Notes: generated by a model not told the origin, from the sequence alone. Numbered from the whole stretch's first letter, positions 12,406-24,678 are shown. The stretch is 61,522 bases of DNA, filler included, from 7 parts of 7 records of this genome joined end to end with filler, not necessarily neighbours in it; one strand, 5' to 3'. Program-made: numbers and translations.

Positions 12406-13163
12406 GTGTGTCGCAAACCACATTCCATGACGCTTTGCTGGACGCCAGCAGGACAGTTCCGGATGGCTTGCAGGACGCGCAGGCCAACGCTGTGGGGCGC
12501 CGTTTCAGTGTATATCGTAACAATGTCGCCGTCTCGCTGACCGAGGCAATGCATCAAGCCTTCCCGGTGATCACGAAACTGCTGGGGGCGCAGAACATGG
12601 ATGGCCTTGCCGGGATGTTTTTGCGCCAGCACCCTCCGTCCTCGCCGCTGATGATGTTTTACGGTGCAGAATTTCCTGCCTTTCTGGAAGGCATGCAGCA
12701 ACTATCGCATCTGGGGTACCTAGCAGATGTTGCACGCCTGGAACTGGCGCTGCGGCAAGCCTATCACGCTGCTGACAGCCAATCTATCGATGCCGAAGCG
12801 CTGAGTATTCCGCCCGAGGATTTGATGCGGGCCAAGCTGACGCTCGCTCCGGCGATGAGGGTGCTGCGGTCAAACTGGCCTATTCACGCGATCTGGTTGT
12901 TCAATACCGAAGACGACGCCCCCAAGCCAGAAGCGGGTGCTCAGGATGTTCTGATTACACGTCCCGAGTACGATCCTGCCCCGCACCCTTTGCCGTTAGG
13001 AGGGGCAGCCTGGATCACGCGCATTCAGGACGGGGTTACTATCGGCGAAGCATTTGAAGCCACCGTGGCGGAAACGCCCGAATTTGACCTTGGAACCACT
13101 CTGGCACTGCTTTTGCAGGGCGGTGCAATAACTTCTGTGACTATCGAAAGGCTGGACACATGA
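12402..13163 (+). CDS. DUF2063 MNIO partner protein (BufC/HvfC-like)
   Basis: RRFSVYRNNV, YGAEFPAFL, YLADVARLE; ATGA overlap with DUF692. Confidence 0.88.
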   Translation: MSVSQTTFHDALLDASRTVPDGLQDAQANAVGRRFSVYRNNVAVSLTEAMHQAFPVITKLLGAQNMDGLAGMFLRQHPPSSPLMMFYGAEFPAFLEGMQQLSHLGYLADVARLELALRQAYHAADSQSIDAEALSIPPEDLMRAKLTLAPAMRVLRSNWPIHAIWLFNTEDDAPKPEAGAQDVLITRPEYDPAPHPLPLGGAAWITRIQDGVTIGEAFEATVAETPEFDLGTTLALLLQGGAITSVTIERLDT

Positions 13164-13678
13164 CTGCCCTGATCTCTACCTACAACGACACGATGGATAA
13201 AGTGGCCAACACATCCGGCTGGCTTACGCCAACGCTGGCCCGTGTCGTCTTTATCGCTGTCCTGTTCTTCTACTACTGGAATTCGGCTACGCTGAAGATC
13301 GACGGCTCGATCTTTTCACCATCCGCCGGTGCGTTTGGGCAAATCTTCCCCAAAGCCGCCGAGGCAGTGCTGTATGACGTCAGCCAAATGACTTTTTTCC
13401 AGCGGATCGTGATATTCATGGGCACAATCGCCGAATTCGCCCTGCCTACTCTATTGCTGATTGGCCTTTTCACCCGACTTGCCGCACTGGGCATGATCGG
13501 GTTTGTCTGGGTCCAGACTTTGGTGGACGTCACCGGCCATGGCGTAAAACTAGGCAGTTTGTTCAACGCAGCGCCTGACATCCTCGATCAGCGGGTGTTG
13601 TGGACATTCCTGTTGCTGGTGATCGTAATCAATGGTGCAGGTCCACTTTCACTGGATCGGTTGCTGCGACTGAAGTGA
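13160..13678 (+). CDS. DoxX-family membrane protein (BufD-like)
   Basis: GLFTRLAALG, GAGPLSLDR; ATGA overlap with the upstream gene. Confidence 0.88.
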   Translation: MTALISTYNDTMDKVANTSGWLTPTLARVVFIAVLFFYYWNSATLKIDGSIFSPSAGAFGQIFPKAAEAVLYDVSQMTFFQRIVIFMGTIAEFALPTLLLIGLFTRLAALGMIGFVWVQTLVDVTGHGVKLGSLFNAAPDILDQRVLWTFLLLVIVINGAGPLSLDRLLRLK

Positions 13679-13679
13679 A

Positions 13680-14048
13680 TTAGAAATGCGCTTTGGGCTC
13701 GTCCGGTTTTCCCGCTGCGAGCCCAAGCAATCCCGCCACGCCTGCAAAGGCAATCGGGAACATGGTGAAAACACCGAATCCAAAGGCATAATACATCCCT
13801 GCCGCAGAAATCAGCAGTAAAACACCTGCGATCAGCGCCCGGGAATGGGCCATAGCACCCCCAACAATTGCCAACAGCGGTGCCACGATCGAAGCGGTCT
13901 GGATCAAACCAGGGTTATCCACCTGCTCGGCAATCCCGTCGATCTCGCCGAACTGGTCGATCAATTCCACAAAGCCATAGCCGAAAAAACCGACGATCAT
14001 CCCGATCAGTCCGGCAATGACGCCCAGTATCATGGCAGCGTTTCGCAT
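13680..14048 (-). CDS. Small four-TM hypothetical membrane protein
   Basis: Hydrophobic segments; follows the ArsC-family gene on the same strand. Confidence 0.7.
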   Translation of the reverse strand: MRNAAMILGVIAGLIGMIVGFFGYGFVELIDQFGEIDGIAEQVDNPGLIQTASIVAPLLAIVGGAMAHSRALIAGVLLLISAAGMYYAFGFGVFTMFPIAFAGVAGLLGLAAGKPDEPKAHF

Positions 14049-14090
14049 TCACAGCTCTCCGATTGTTGCCCGTGTCACATAGGCAGTCAT

Positions 14091-14408
14091 TCAAGCAACA
14101 CCAAGGGCCTCACGGGTTTCAGGCGTCCAGCCCAGGTACATCTGGCCATCGGCTTCGATCAACGGGCGCTTCATCAAGGTTGGATGATCAATCAACAACT
14201 CAAGCACCGGTCGATTTCGCGTATCTTCATCCAGACCCCGCCAAGTTGTTGACCGTGTATTGAGCAAGGCTTTGCCGAAAGTCTCATAGGCCTCTGACAG
14301 GGTATTTTGGGGAACACCTTGCCCGCGTACGTCGACAAACTCCGCATTCGGAAGAGATTTCAATGCCTTGCGACATGTGTCGCAATTCTTCAATCCGTAA
14401 AGGCGCAT
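14091..14408 (-). CDS. ArsC/Spx/YffB family protein
   Basis: YGLKNCDTCRKA, LNTRSTTWR, PTLMKRPLI. Confidence 0.88.
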   Translation of the reverse strand: MRLYGLKNCDTCRKALKSLPNAEFVDVRGQGVPQNTLSEAYETFGKALLNTRSTTWRGLDEDTRNRPVLELLIDHPTLMKRPLIEADGQMYLGWTPETREALGVA

Positions 14409-14622
14409 AGTTTGATTGATCCTGTCTTCGCTGCAAAATTGGGCAATTCCATTGGCATGGCCCGGTTATTCTTGATTTTTTACTTCACCGTGCAATGTTG
14501 AAAAAGGCGAAACACGCAACCCGGGCTGTATCGTGTGGGCGAACAGTGATGTGTTGCGGTCTTGCCAACCACTACCCCCACCGATTTGTGGGACAACGTG
14601 TAAGTAGAAGGAGACACGGGAA

Positions 14623-14829
14623 ATGCCAACTGGCACCGTGAAATGGTTTAATACAACCAAGGGCTTTGGTTTCATTGCCCCCGATGAAGGCGGCAAAGAT
14701 GTGTTTGTACACATCTCGGCCGTAGAACGATCCGGCCTGACCGGACTCGCTGACAATCAGAAAGTCTCGTACGAGCTTGAAGATGGGCGTGACGGTCGCC
14801 AGATGGCGGCTGATTTGAAGCCGCTGTAA
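14623..14829 (+). CDS. cspA: Cold-shock protein
   Basis: GTVKWFN, KGFGFI, DVFVHISA; long 5' intergenic region; exact paralog name uncertain. Confidence 0.9.
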   Translation: MPTGTVKWFNTTKGFGFIAPDEGGKDVFVHISAVERSGLTGLADNQKVSYELEDGRDGRQMAADLKPL

Positions 14830-14953
14830 GGCAAGGCCTGCCCCGGCGGGAAAGACAAAGAAGGTTGGCGGCCAATTTTCGGCCGTTAACCGTTAGCTAC
14901 CCCCTAAAAACGCGCCCACTTCGGGACGCGCTGTTTTCTTTTTTTCTGGTTGA

Positions 14954-15865
14954 TCAGCTTTCGCGGATCACAGCTTCAAACTCGCGCCATTCCCGCGCTG
15001 TCATGCCCGAGTTTTCCTGGTTGACCGCCTCACCACTCAGCATCCGGCGCAGGCATGTTACCATCTGTGCCGAGAGGTTGACCGCGCCCAGGCGGTAATC
15101 GTCGAACGCGCGATAGGCAAATGGGACCCAGTCGGCGACGATCTTGCACATGGTGTCAGCGTAAATCCGGATTTCGTACTGCGCATGTGGATCGGCGCGC
15201 AGGCGCAGGAAATGGAACAGATTGTGAAGGTCCACCTTCCAATACCATTGCGTGTAGATATTCGCAGGCAGGTTCATCCGCGCCAGTTCACGTGCCAACC
15301 CCTGCTGGCCATCCTGACCGATCATCGCTTCGTAGTTATCATAGCACCGAGCGCTGTCGGCCTTCAGTATCTCCAATACGCGCGCGGCTTCTTCGCCTTG
15401 CAGCGCGTCACCGCGGCCCTGATTGTTGACTTCGGATTGTGCCGCCACATGCTCGGGCGCGGGAATATAGAACTCTCGATCCAAGATCGAGTAACGGGCT
15501 GAATATTCATTCACATTCGCCGTCCGGTGGCGAATCCACTGGCGTGCCACGAACACCGGAAGTTTGACGTGCAGCTTGATCTCGCACATTTCAAACGGGG
15601 TCGAATGCCAGTGGCGCATCAGATAGCGGATCAGACCTTCGTCGTTCTGAACCGATTTGGTGCCTTTGCCATAAGACACGCGCGCCGCCTGACAGATCGC
15701 AGCATCATCACCCATATAGTCGATGACGCGGACAAATCCGTGATCCAGCACCTGATGCGCCGTATACAGATGATCTTCCATACCTTCAGCAACGACGCGG
15801 CGGGTCGGGCTCGATTGTGCGCGTTGCGCATCAATCTCGGCCAATTGGTCGGAAGACAGCGGCAT
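14954..15865 (-). CDS. thyX: FAD-dependent thymidylate synthase
   Basis: [18 protein letters not shown] signature; start set at MPLSSDQ. Confidence 0.95.
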   Translation of the reverse strand: MPLSSDQLAEIDAQRAQSSPTRRVVAEGMEDHLYTAHQVLDHGFVRVIDYMGDDAAICQAARVSYGKGTKSVQNDEGLIRYLMRHWHSTPFEMCEIKLHVKLPVFVARQWIRHRTANVNEYSARYSILDREFYIPAPEHVAAQSEVNNQGRGDALQGEEAARVLEILKADSARCYDNYEAMIGQDGQQGLARELARMNLPANIYTQWYWKVDLHNLFHFLRLRADPHAQYEIRIYADTMCKIVADWVPFAYRAFDDYRLGAVNLSAQMVTCLRRMLSGEAVNQENSGMTAREWREFEAVIRES

Positions 15866-16042
15866 GAAATTATCCTTTCCAGCAATGAGTCGCCCACCAC
15901 TATATATCGGCTTATTAGCGACCGGAACCGCGATATGTGCGGCTTGGCGCGCAAATTCGGAAATGTGTCCGACCTGCCCCTCGACATGACATCGTTGCGC
16001 GCTAAGGTGCTGGGCATCACAATCAAAGTAAGGAAAGTCACG

Positions 16043-16471
16043 ATGGGGCTGAAATACCTCCACACCATGGTCCGCGTGCAGGACCTTGAAAAATCCTTGG
16101 CATTTTATCAGCTTCTGGGCCTGAAAGAGACGCGCCGCTATGAAAGCGAAGCAGGACGGTTCACATTGGTGTTCCTCGCACCGCCGGGACAGGAAGATGC
16201 CCCCATCGAGCTGACCTATAACTGGGACGGAGATGATAAACTGCCCAGCGACAGCCGCCATTTCGGTCACCTCGCTTATGGCGTCGACAATATCTATGAA
16301 ACCTGCCAGCACCTTCAGGACAATGGTGTTGTGATTAACCGTCCGCCACGCGACGGGCGTATGGCGTTCGTACGCTCGCCCGACAATATTTCGGTGGAAT
16401 TGTTGCAGAACGGCGAAGCGCTGAACCCGGCAGAGCCTTGGGCAAGTATGGAAAGCGCCGGGCACTGGTGA
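16043..16471 (+). CDS. gloA: VOC family protein / lactoylglutathione lyase
   Basis: [34 protein letters not shown]; start at MGLKY. Confidence 0.8.
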   Translation: MGLKYLHTMVRVQDLEKSLAFYQLLGLKETRRYESEAGRFTLVFLAPPGQEDAPIELTYNWDGDDKLPSDSRHFGHLAYGVDNIYETCQHLQDNGVVINRPPRDGRMAFVRSPDNISVELLQNGEALNPAEPWASMESAGHW

Positions 16472-17172
16472 TCCGGTGGATGGCACCCTTGGGGCTGTTC
16501 TTTGCGGGCAGCCCCGTTTGGGCCGAGCAGTGTCGCCTTGCTCTGGCCCTTGCGATGGACATCTCAACCTCGGTTGATGCGACCGAGGATGCGTTGCAAC
16601 GCAAGGGATTGGCTGCTGCTCTGATCGCTCCAGAGGTGCAGGAGGCGTTCTTCAAGTCTCCGCTGCCTGTCGCGCTAGCGGTCTACGAATGGTCCGGCAA
16701 CTTTAATCAGAAGCTTCTACTGGATTGGCAGATGATCGAGACTGCCGCCGATCTTGTCACAGCCGCACATGGCATAGGCTTGTCCGAGCGGTCTGCCAAT
16801 GATTCCCCCACAGCGATGGGACACGCTTTGGCATATGGCGCCAAACTTATGCAACGTGCGCCCCGTTGCCTGTTCCAAACAATCGATATTTCGGGCGACG
16901 GCAAGAACAATGATGGTTACGGACCACAAATCGCCTACAAGCACTTTCCGTTCGAGAACACGACTGTGAATGGACTGGTGATCAACGCCGCCGATTTTGA
17001 AGGTGAAATGGACCTGATACCATTCTTTCAGGAAAACGTCCTGCATGGGCCCGGAGCATTCCTTGAGATTGCTGCGGGTTTTGAGGATTTCGAGCGTGCC
17101 ATGCGGCGCAAACTTGAACGGGAACTTAAGGGTTTGGAGCTCAGCGCCTTGCAATCGGGCAAGCTGGACTGA
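16468..17172 (+). CDS. DUF1194 (vWA-like) secreted protein
   Basis: [37 protein letters not shown] start overlapping the gloA stop. Confidence 0.85.
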   Translation: MIRWMAPLGLFFAGSPVWAEQCRLALALAMDISTSVDATEDALQRKGLAAALIAPEVQEAFFKSPLPVALAVYEWSGNFNQKLLLDWQMIETAADLVTAAHGIGLSERSANDSPTAMGHALAYGAKLMQRAPRCLFQTIDISGDGKNNDGYGPQIAYKHFPFENTTVNGLVINAADFEGEMDLIPFFQENVLHGPGAFLEIAAGFEDFERAMRRKLERELKGLELSALQSGKLD

Positions 17173-17214
17173 TCCGCCTGAGCATCGGTTTCGTGCGCAC
17201 CAACCTGTCCCGGA

Positions 17215-17712
17215 TCAATAGATGTAACGGATTTGGTCAGTCCAATAACGCTCAACCCGGCGCAGGGAGTTGGTGATCTCATCAATCCCGTCGGCGGCAA
17301 TCACGTCACGGTTTTGCAACCCTTCCGCATGACGCGCAAACAGCTCTGAAACGATATCACGGATCTCGCGCCCGCGCGGGGTCAGGCGCACCCGAACCGA
17401 CCGGCGGTCAATCTCGCACCTCTGATGGTGCATATAACCCATCTCAACCAGTTTCTTGAGGTTATAGCTGACATTGCTGCCCTGATAATAACCACGGCTC
17501 TTCAACTCTCCGGCTGTGACCTCATGATCGCCGATGTTGAACAGCAGCAACGCCTGCACTGCATTGATTTCCAAAACACCGACGCGTTCGAATTCATCTT
17601 TGATGACGTCCAGAAGCAAACGGTGCAGACGTTCGACCAGCGCCAATGCCTCAAGATAACTTGTCATGAACCCTTTGGTCCCCGGCGCGGTGACCTGCAA
17701 TTCCATACTCAT
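17215..17712 (-). CDS. MarR-family regulator (LdtR-like)
   Basis: ERLHRLLLDVIKDEF, RGYYQGSNVSYNLKKL, DRRSVRVRLT. Confidence 0.88.
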   Translation of the reverse strand: MSMELQVTAPGTKGFMTSYLEALALVERLHRLLLDVIKDEFERVGVLEINAVQALLLFNIGDHEVTAGELKSRGYYQGSNVSYNLKKLVEMGYMHHQRCEIDRRSVRVRLTPRGREIRDIVSELFARHAEGLQNRDVIAADGIDEITNSLRRVERYWTDQIRYIY

Positions 17713-17789
17713 TCAATCCTCCGATTCATCGCGCTGTTTCTGAAAACATGACGCGAATTCCCGAAAAATCGGTTAAGCCAGAAAATTGA

Positions 17790-18047
17790 TTATTTTTGAA
17801 AGGTTTGTGCGATATCCGCAATCAGGTCGGCCAGCTGCACCGGAGGGCTGACCTGACCTGTAACCCATTGATACAGGTCCTGATCATTTTCATGCAGCAA
17901 AGCATCGTAAGTATTCAACCCGTCCTCATCCATCAATGGCAGGTTGCGATCGGCATAGGCCGTCAGGATCAGATCCATCTCTTTGATACCGCGCCGCATC
18001 GAACGCATCTTCATGCGCTTGATCCGTGTATCCCGAGGCTCGGTCAT
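17790..18047 (-). CDS. sdhE: Succinate dehydrogenase assembly factor 2
   Basis: RRGIKEMDLIL (RGxxE) motif. Confidence 0.9.
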   Translation of the reverse strand: MTEPRDTRIKRMKMRSMRRGIKEMDLILTAYADRNLPLMDEDGLNTYDALLHENDQDLYQWVTGQVSPPVQLADLIADIAQTFQK

Positions 18048-18436
18048 TGCGCGCGTTCCAGCTTCAGACGCATGGCCTTTTCCACGCGGGCCAATCGCTC
18101 GGAACTGGCGCGCATCTCCCCCCGGATGGAACGAAGCTCGACCACGAGATCGTGCAGTTCGGCATCTACGTTCCCATCCAGCGCGGTGGCGTCCGTGCCG
18201 TCGCCCTCACCGGTCAGCAACCACATGATTGACACGTTCAACATCCCCGCCATCATCGACAGCTTGTTGGCACGGGGCTCGGACAAATCATCCTCCCACG
18301 CGGTGATCGTCGCCTTTTTGACCCCAAGACGGCGGGCCAATTGTGTTTGGGTCATACCCGCCACTTCGCGCGCACCAGCAACGCGATCCCCGAATGTGGC
18401 GGTATCCGGTCCGAACCAGTCAGTTTCGTTATTCAT
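18044..18436 (-). CDS. XRE-family HTH regulator
   Basis: TFGDRVAGARE, AWEDDLSEPRANKL, WLLTGEG. Confidence 0.85.
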   Translation of the reverse strand: MNNETDWFGPDTATFGDRVAGAREVAGMTQTQLARRLGVKKATITAWEDDLSEPRANKLSMMAGMLNVSIMWLLTGEGDGTDATALDGNVDAELHDLVVELRSIRGEMRASSERLARVEKAMRLKLERAQ

Positions 18437-18507
18437 CGGGGTCTCCAATAGGTGGAAATCAATTGGCTTGATCGATATTTCGGCGCACCCTATGACAGTC
18501 GGGCTGA

Positions 18508-19278
<771 letters not shown>

Positions 19279-19378
19279 NNNNNNNNNNNNNNNNNNNNNN
19301 NNNNNNNNNNNNNNNNNNNNNNTTAATTAATTAANNNNNNNNNNNNNNNNNNNNNNNNNNNNNNNNNNNNNNNNNNNN
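19279..19378. other. Artificial contig linker
   Basis: N44-TTAATTAATTAA-N44. Confidence 0.99.
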
Positions 19379-19393
19379 ATCACCAATGCCTCG

Positions 19394-19605
19394 CGCGGCA
19401 GGTTGGGGTGTAAAAGAAGACACTGGAACTCGACGATCTCGATGACCGGGTTTGGCCCTTCCCAGTCATCCGAACCGTTTCAGCTTATGTCTGAAAACAG
19501 CCTCAAAGGAGACATTCGATCCGCCAATGTCTAATATCCGCATTTGGCTCAAAGGAGGCGTCTGATCAGAAAGCAAAAGCCGCCAACCGGCCTGTTCCGG
19601 CGTTC
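19394..19605. repeat. Tandem array of ~30-bp degenerate palindromes, 44-47-bp period
   Basis: Units at ~19394, 19441 (GATGACCGGGTTTGGCCCTTCCCAGTCATC), 19486 (TATGTCTGAAAACAGCCTCAAAGGAGACATT), 19533 (AATATCCGCATTTGGCTCAAAGGAGGCGTC) and ~19577; the outer two are weak. Confidence 0.6.
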
Positions 19606-19635
19606 GATCTCACCCCACGTCCTCAGATTAAATCG

Positions 19636-21879
19636 TCACAGCTTCAGCGTTCGAAGGCGCAATGCATTTCCGATCACAGATACCGACGAAAAGCTCATGG
19701 CTGCGGCGGCGATCATTGGTGACAGTAGCAGACCGAAGACCGGGTAGAGTACGCCTGCCGCAATCGGAACGCCAAGAGTGTTATAGCCGAATGCGAACAT
19801 CAGGTTCTCGCGGATATTACGCATAGTCGCGCGTGACAGTTCACGTGCCCGTGCCACACCCATGAGGTCACCCTGCACCAGCGTCACGCCCGCGCTTTCA
19901 ATTGCCACGTCCGTTCCTGTGCCCATGGCAATGCCTACATCTGCCTGGGCCAGGGCGGGGGCATCATTGATCCCGTCGCCTGCCATGGCAACGATTGCGC
20001 CCTGTGCCTGGAATTCCCTGACAACGGCGTTCTTGTCTTCAGGCGACACATTGGCCCGGACTTCATCGATGCCGACCTTGTCGGCAACCGCCTTGGCCGT
20101 TGCTTCATTGTCTCCCGTCAGCATGACGATCTTCAGGCCATCGAATTTGAGGCGGGCAATTGCCTCCTCTGTCGTGGCCTTGATTGGATCAGCGACGCCG
20201 ATCATCCCGGCGAACAGGCCATCAATCGCGGCCAGCATGACGGTTTGGCCTTCACTTCGATACTGATCAGCTTGATTGGTTAGCTCGCTCTCTTCGATGC
20301 CAAGGGACTTCATAAGTTTGGCGTTTCCGATGGCGATTGTCTTACCATCGACTTTCGCCTGAACGCCTTCCCCCGTAGTCGAAGAAAAATCGGTTGCCCC
20401 GGAAAGAGAAAGCCCTCTGTCCTTTGCGGCCGAGACGATGGCCTGAGCCAGAGGATGCTCGCTGGAGTTCTCTACGCTTGCAACTAGGCGCAAGAAATCG
20501 TTCTCGGATACCTTGCCTGAGGTAACAATGGTCTGCAGTTTCGGCTTTCCTTCCGTCAGTGTACCGGTCTTGTCGACAATTAGCGTATCGACCTTTTCGA
20601 AGGTTTCGAGTGCTTCGGCATTCTTGATCAGGACGCCAGACTGCGCGCCCTTACCTGTGCCGACCATAATGGACATGGGCGTAGCGAGGCCCAGCGCACA
20701 CGGGCACGCTATGATCAGCACTGCAACCGCATTCACGATGGCATATGCCATGGCCGGTTCGGGCCCAATCAGTGCCCAGACGATAAACGTCACGATAGAG
20801 ATCGCAATGACAGCGGGCACAAACCAGGCGGCGACAATATCGACCAACCTCTGGATTGGCGCGCGGCTGCGCTGTGCTTCGGCGACCATGCGGACGATCT
20901 GGGAAAGCACGGTGTCTTCGCCCACACGCAGAGTCTGAATAACTAGCGCACCTGTTCCGTTAATCGTTCCGCCCGTGACCTTGTCTCCGTCCGACTTTTC
21001 AACGGGAATCGGCTCACCCGTGATCATGCTCTCATCAACCGAACTTCTGCCATCCAGAACTTCGCCATCGACCGGCACACGCTCGCCGGGGCGGACACGG
21101 ACTTTCTCGCCTTGCTTCAGGTCATCGATGCTGACTTCTTCCTCGTCGCCATCCTCGCGGATTCGCCAAGCCGTTGGTGGGGTAAGTTCCAGGAGGGCGC
21201 GGATTGCGCCGGAGGTTTGGCTTCGGGCGCGCAACTCCAGAACCTGCCCAAGTAGCACGAGAGTCGTGATAACGGCAGCCGCCTCGAAGTACAGGGCGAC
21301 ACCGCCGCCGTGACCTCTGAAGGCTGGGGGAAACAGGCCGGGCACCAGCAGTGCAACGACGGAATAAAGGAAGGCCACGCTTACGCCCAAGGCGATCAGC
21401 GTGAACATGTTGAGGTTCATGGTCCGAACGGATCGGACGCCGCGAACAAGGAAGGGCCAGCCGCCCCACAGCACGACGGGCGTTGCCAGAATTAGCTGCA
21501 GCCAGCGGCTCCATGTCCCAGAGAGGAGATGCTCCAGTCCGGGAATCATCTCACCCATGGCAATGATGAAGAGCGGAGTAGACAGCGCAGCGCTTACCCA
21601 GAAGCGCCGCGTCATGTCCTTCAGTTCGCTGTCATCCTCTTCCTGCGGCGGGGCACCTTCCGGTTCGAGAGCCATGCCGCAGATCGGACAGCCTGAGTTG
21701 CGCACGTCCCGCACCTGCGGATGCATGGGGCAGGTCCAGACAGTGCCGGTATAGCCTGCAGGCACCTTGTCATAACGGGAGTCCCCGGACACTTCGGATT
21801 TTCCATGCGTGCAGTGGGAGTGCTTCGTATGGGCATGTGATTTGTGGTTATCGTGATTATGATGCTGATGGTCGGCCAT
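19636..21879 (-). CDS. Copper-translocating P1B-type ATPase
   Basis: His-rich N-terminus, TCPMHP/CPICGM metal domain, [33 protein letters not shown]...MxxSS. Confidence 0.95.
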   Translation of the reverse strand: MADHQHHNHDNHKSHAHTKHSHCTHGKSEVSGDSRYDKVPAGYTGTVWTCPMHPQVRDVRNSGCPICGMALEPEGAPPQEEDDSELKDMTRRFWVSAALSTPLFIIAMGEMIPGLEHLLSGTWSRWLQLILATPVVLWGGWPFLVRGVRSVRTMNLNMFTLIALGVSVAFLYSVVALLVPGLFPPAFRGHGGGVALYFEAAAVITTLVLLGQVLELRARSQTSGAIRALLELTPPTAWRIREDGDEEEVSIDDLKQGEKVRVRPGERVPVDGEVLDGRSSVDESMITGEPIPVEKSDGDKVTGGTINGTGALVIQTLRVGEDTVLSQIVRMVAEAQRSRAPIQRLVDIVAAWFVPAVIAISIVTFIVWALIGPEPAMAYAIVNAVAVLIIACPCALGLATPMSIMVGTGKGAQSGVLIKNAEALETFEKVDTLIVDKTGTLTEGKPKLQTIVTSGKVSENDFLRLVASVENSSEHPLAQAIVSAAKDRGLSLSGATDFSSTTGEGVQAKVDGKTIAIGNAKLMKSLGIEESELTNQADQYRSEGQTVMLAAIDGLFAGMIGVADPIKATTEEAIARLKFDGLKIVMLTGDNEATAKAVADKVGIDEVRANVSPEDKNAVVREFQAQGAIVAMAGDGINDAPALAQADVGIAMGTGTDVAIESAGVTLVQGDLMGVARARELSRATMRNIRENLMFAFGYNTLGVPIAAGVLYPVFGLLLSPMIAAAAMSFSSVSVIGNALRLRTLKL

Positions 21880-21888
21880 GGCCGTCTC

Positions 21889-22701
21889 CTAGTACCAGGC
21901 CCGCAGGCCGACGACCCAGACCGTCTGGTCCCTGTCGCCTCCGGCGGCTTCGATGATGTCGCCCGTTTTGCCGGGCGCGGTATGGTATTCGACGCCCACA
22001 TAGGGGGCGAATTCCCGCTTCAATTCGTATCTGAGCCGCAAGCCAGCTTCGATGTTCGTTACTCCCGAACCAAGCTCACGTTCCGGTATATCCTGCGCTG
22101 ACAGGCTGAGTGCCGCGCGCGGCTGCAGGATAAGACGCTGGCTTAGCAGCAATTCATACTCGGCTTCGAATTCGGCTGTGACGTCGCCTTCCTCGCTGAG
22201 AAAAGCTGTGCCTTCGACCTCGAACCAGTACGGAGCCAGCCCCTGAAAGCCGACTGCCGCATGGGCAAGGCTTTCCGGTTCGAAATCATAACGCATGCCT
22301 GCCAGAAGATCGAAGTACGGAGAAACAGCCCGCGACCAGAGCAGCTGGACTTCGGCTTCTTCAAACTCATCGTCCTCGAAAGAATATTCGCCTTCCGTTT
22401 TCAGGTAGAGCTTGTTGGTGTCACCGCCATACCAGGCATCGGCATCCCAGACGCCCACTTCTTCATCGTCGGAGAACTGAATTTCAGCCCGGTCGACCAT
22501 GATCATGCCGAAGGCCTGATCGCCATTGTGAGCCAGCACGTGTTCGCGTGCCGCCGCCATCTCGGCCGGGTCGAAATACGCGTCCGCCTGGGACCAGGGT
22601 GTCTCGTCGGATTCAGAGGCGGTATGGTTGTGGTCCTGTGCCGCTGCCATCGCCGGTAAAGCGAGTGCGGCCGTCAGGGAAAGGATCAGCGTTTTCATCA
22701 C
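21889..22701 (-). CDS. copB: Copper resistance outer-membrane protein
   Basis: Signal peptide, FQGLAPYWFEVE, GLRLRYE, FAPYVG, C-terminal WY. Confidence 0.92.
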   Translation of the reverse strand: MMKTLILSLTAALALPAMAAAQDHNHTASESDETPWSQADAYFDPAEMAAAREHVLAHNGDQAFGMIMVDRAEIQFSDDEEVGVWDADAWYGGDTNKLYLKTEGEYSFEDDEFEEAEVQLLWSRAVSPYFDLLAGMRYDFEPESLAHAAVGFQGLAPYWFEVEGTAFLSEEGDVTAEFEAEYELLLSQRLILQPRAALSLSAQDIPERELGSGVTNIEAGLRLRYELKREFAPYVGVEYHTAPGKTGDIIEAAGGDRDQTVWVVGLRAWY

Positions 22702-24599
22702 TTCGACTCCTCTGTCATGTCGTGTCCCATGGCGGAGTGATCCATCTTGCTGTGATCCATCCCGTCATGGTCCATCATGTGATGATTCATCGGCTTCCCC
22801 TCTTTGTCCGGAAGGACGGAGACGACCTGCATCATACCGGCATGCATGTGGTAGAGCAGGTGGCAGTGAAACGCCCAGTCGCCGACATGATCGGCGGTTA
22901 CATCAAACGAGAGTTTCTCACCCGGCTTGACAATCACCGTGTGCTTACGCGGTTTGTGGTCGCCGCCGCCGTTGACGAGATCGAAGAACATGCCGTGCAA
23001 ATGGATCGGGTGCGGCATCATCGTATTGTTGATCAGCGTCACCCGCAGGCGCTCACCTTCATGGAAGATGATCGGTTCGGTGACTTCGGAGAATTTTACA
23101 CCGTCGAAGGACCACATGTAACGTTCCATGTTTGAGGTGAGATGGATCTCCATCTCCCGGCCCGGTGGCCGGAGGTCCGGGTTCCGGTCGAGGCTGCGTA
23201 GCTGCGAATAGCTCATCACCCGGTGGCCGACGTCTTCCAGGCCAATCCCCGGCTCATCAAGACGGCTTACGGGCATCATGGCGATATTGGTGACCCCTGG
23301 ACCCCGCTCGATAGCTTTCTTTTCAACGGGCCAGCCCGCATCGGCCATCATCGCCGCGTGGTCCATGCCGCTCATGTCATGATCGCCATGGTTCATCATG
23401 CCGTGTCCGGAGTGATCCATGCCGCCCATTTTTACGCCGGTCACCTCCATGCCGCCGGACAAGTCATGCCCCGTGGCCGCATGGTCCATGCCCATGTCCT
23501 TCATGGTGAGGGTCGGAACTGCGCGGAGGGCAGGTGCATCAGCGCGCATGCCGGGATGCGGGCCGAAGGTGGCCACAGCCTGTCCCGACCTGTCGATACT
23601 TTCGGCGACGAAAGCGATTGCCCGGTCATCTTTGGGCTCGATGATCATGTCATAGGTTTCGGCAACGCCCATCTGGAATTCATCCACTTCCAGCGGTTTC
23701 ACATTGAGGCCGTCGGCCGCCACAATGGTCATCGGAAGGCCGGGCATACGGACGTTGAAATTCGTCATGGCAGAGGCGTTGATGATGCGCAGCCGCACCC
23801 GCTCGCCGGGCGTGAAGATGCCATTCCAGTTATCCGATGTGCTGTGGCCATTGATCAGATAGTGATAGGTCGCCCCGGTCACGTCCGCGATGTCGCGTGG
23901 CGACATGCGCATCTGTCCCCACATGGCGCGGTCAGACCAGGCAGCGCCAAGACCGTTCTCCTTGGCATCCTGAAGGAAGTCACCGATAGTCCGCTGCTGG
24001 AAGTTCATGGTGTGACCCATCTTCTTCAGCTTCGCGAAGATGCGGTCAGCCGATGTGAAGCTCCAGTCGGACAGGACCAGTACATATTCCCGGTCATAGT
24101 GCACAGGATCATGATGCTTCGGATCGATAATGATCGGGCCGTAATGGCCTTCTTGTTCCTGCAGGCCAGAATGGGAATGATACCAGTAAGTGCCGGACTG
24201 CGGCACCGCATATTTGTAGGTGAACGTCTCGCCCGGCCTGATGCCGGGGAAGGTCACGCCCGGCACGCCATCCATCTGGAAGGGCACAAGCAGGCCGTGC
24301 CAGTGAATGCTAGTGTCGGTATCGAGCGTGTTGGTGACGTTGAGCGTGATCTCGTCTCCTTCGCGGAATCGGATCAGCGGGGCGGGCAGCGTTCCATTGA
24401 CGCCGGTAGCTTCGCCAACCCGTCCATCGATCCGCACGGGAAATTTCCCAATACTTAGATCGAATTGCGTTGCGGTTTCCGGGGAAAGCCCGAGATTGCC
24501 GTCGCTGGCACTGCGTGCCCATGCGGGCAGAAGTGATGACACGCCAAGGGAGAGGCCCCCGAAGAGGGATGAATGTAGAAATCGCCTGCGGCTGAACAT
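22698..24599 (-). CDS. copA: Periplasmic multicopper oxidase (CopA/PcoA type)
   Basis: Tat signal SRRRFL, HWHG, WYHSH, HPIHLHG, HCHLLYHM; Met/His-rich MDH repeats. Confidence 0.95.
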   Translation of the reverse strand: MFSRRRFLHSSLFGGLSLGVSSLLPAWARSASDGNLGLSPETATQFDLSIGKFPVRIDGRVGEATGVNGTLPAPLIRFREGDEITLNVTNTLDTDTSIHWHGLLVPFQMDGVPGVTFPGIRPGETFTYKYAVPQSGTYWYHSHSGLQEQEGHYGPIIIDPKHHDPVHYDREYVLVLSDWSFTSADRIFAKLKKMGHTMNFQQRTIGDFLQDAKENGLGAAWSDRAMWGQMRMSPRDIADVTGATYHYLINGHSTSDNWNGIFTPGERVRLRIINASAMTNFNVRMPGLPMTIVAADGLNVKPLEVDEFQMGVAETYDMIIEPKDDRAIAFVAESIDRSGQAVATFGPHPGMRADAPALRAVPTLTMKDMGMDHAATGHDLSGGMEVTGVKMGGMDHSGHGMMNHGDHDMSGMDHAAMMADAGWPVEKKAIERGPGVTNIAMMPVSRLDEPGIGLEDVGHRVMSYSQLRSLDRNPDLRPPGREMEIHLTSNMERYMWSFDGVKFSEVTEPIIFHEGERLRVTLINNTMMPHPIHLHGMFFDLVNGGGDHKPRKHTVIVKPGEKLSFDVTADHVGDWAFHCHLLYHMHAGMMQVVSVLPDKEGKPMNHHMMDHDGMDHSKMDHSAMGHDMTEESK

Positions 24600-24678
24600 G
24601 ATGAGTCTCCAGAATGAATGATGCGGACCGAAAGGGCAGGCACGCCACGCGCGGCGTGATGCCTGCCGTGCGCAAGAC

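Noticed and set aside
14954-16567. 537-aa ThyX and 314-aa glyoxalase as fusion proteins with long overlaps
   Set aside because: The N-terminal extensions are antisense read-through of each other's genes; the real starts are at 15865 and 16043.
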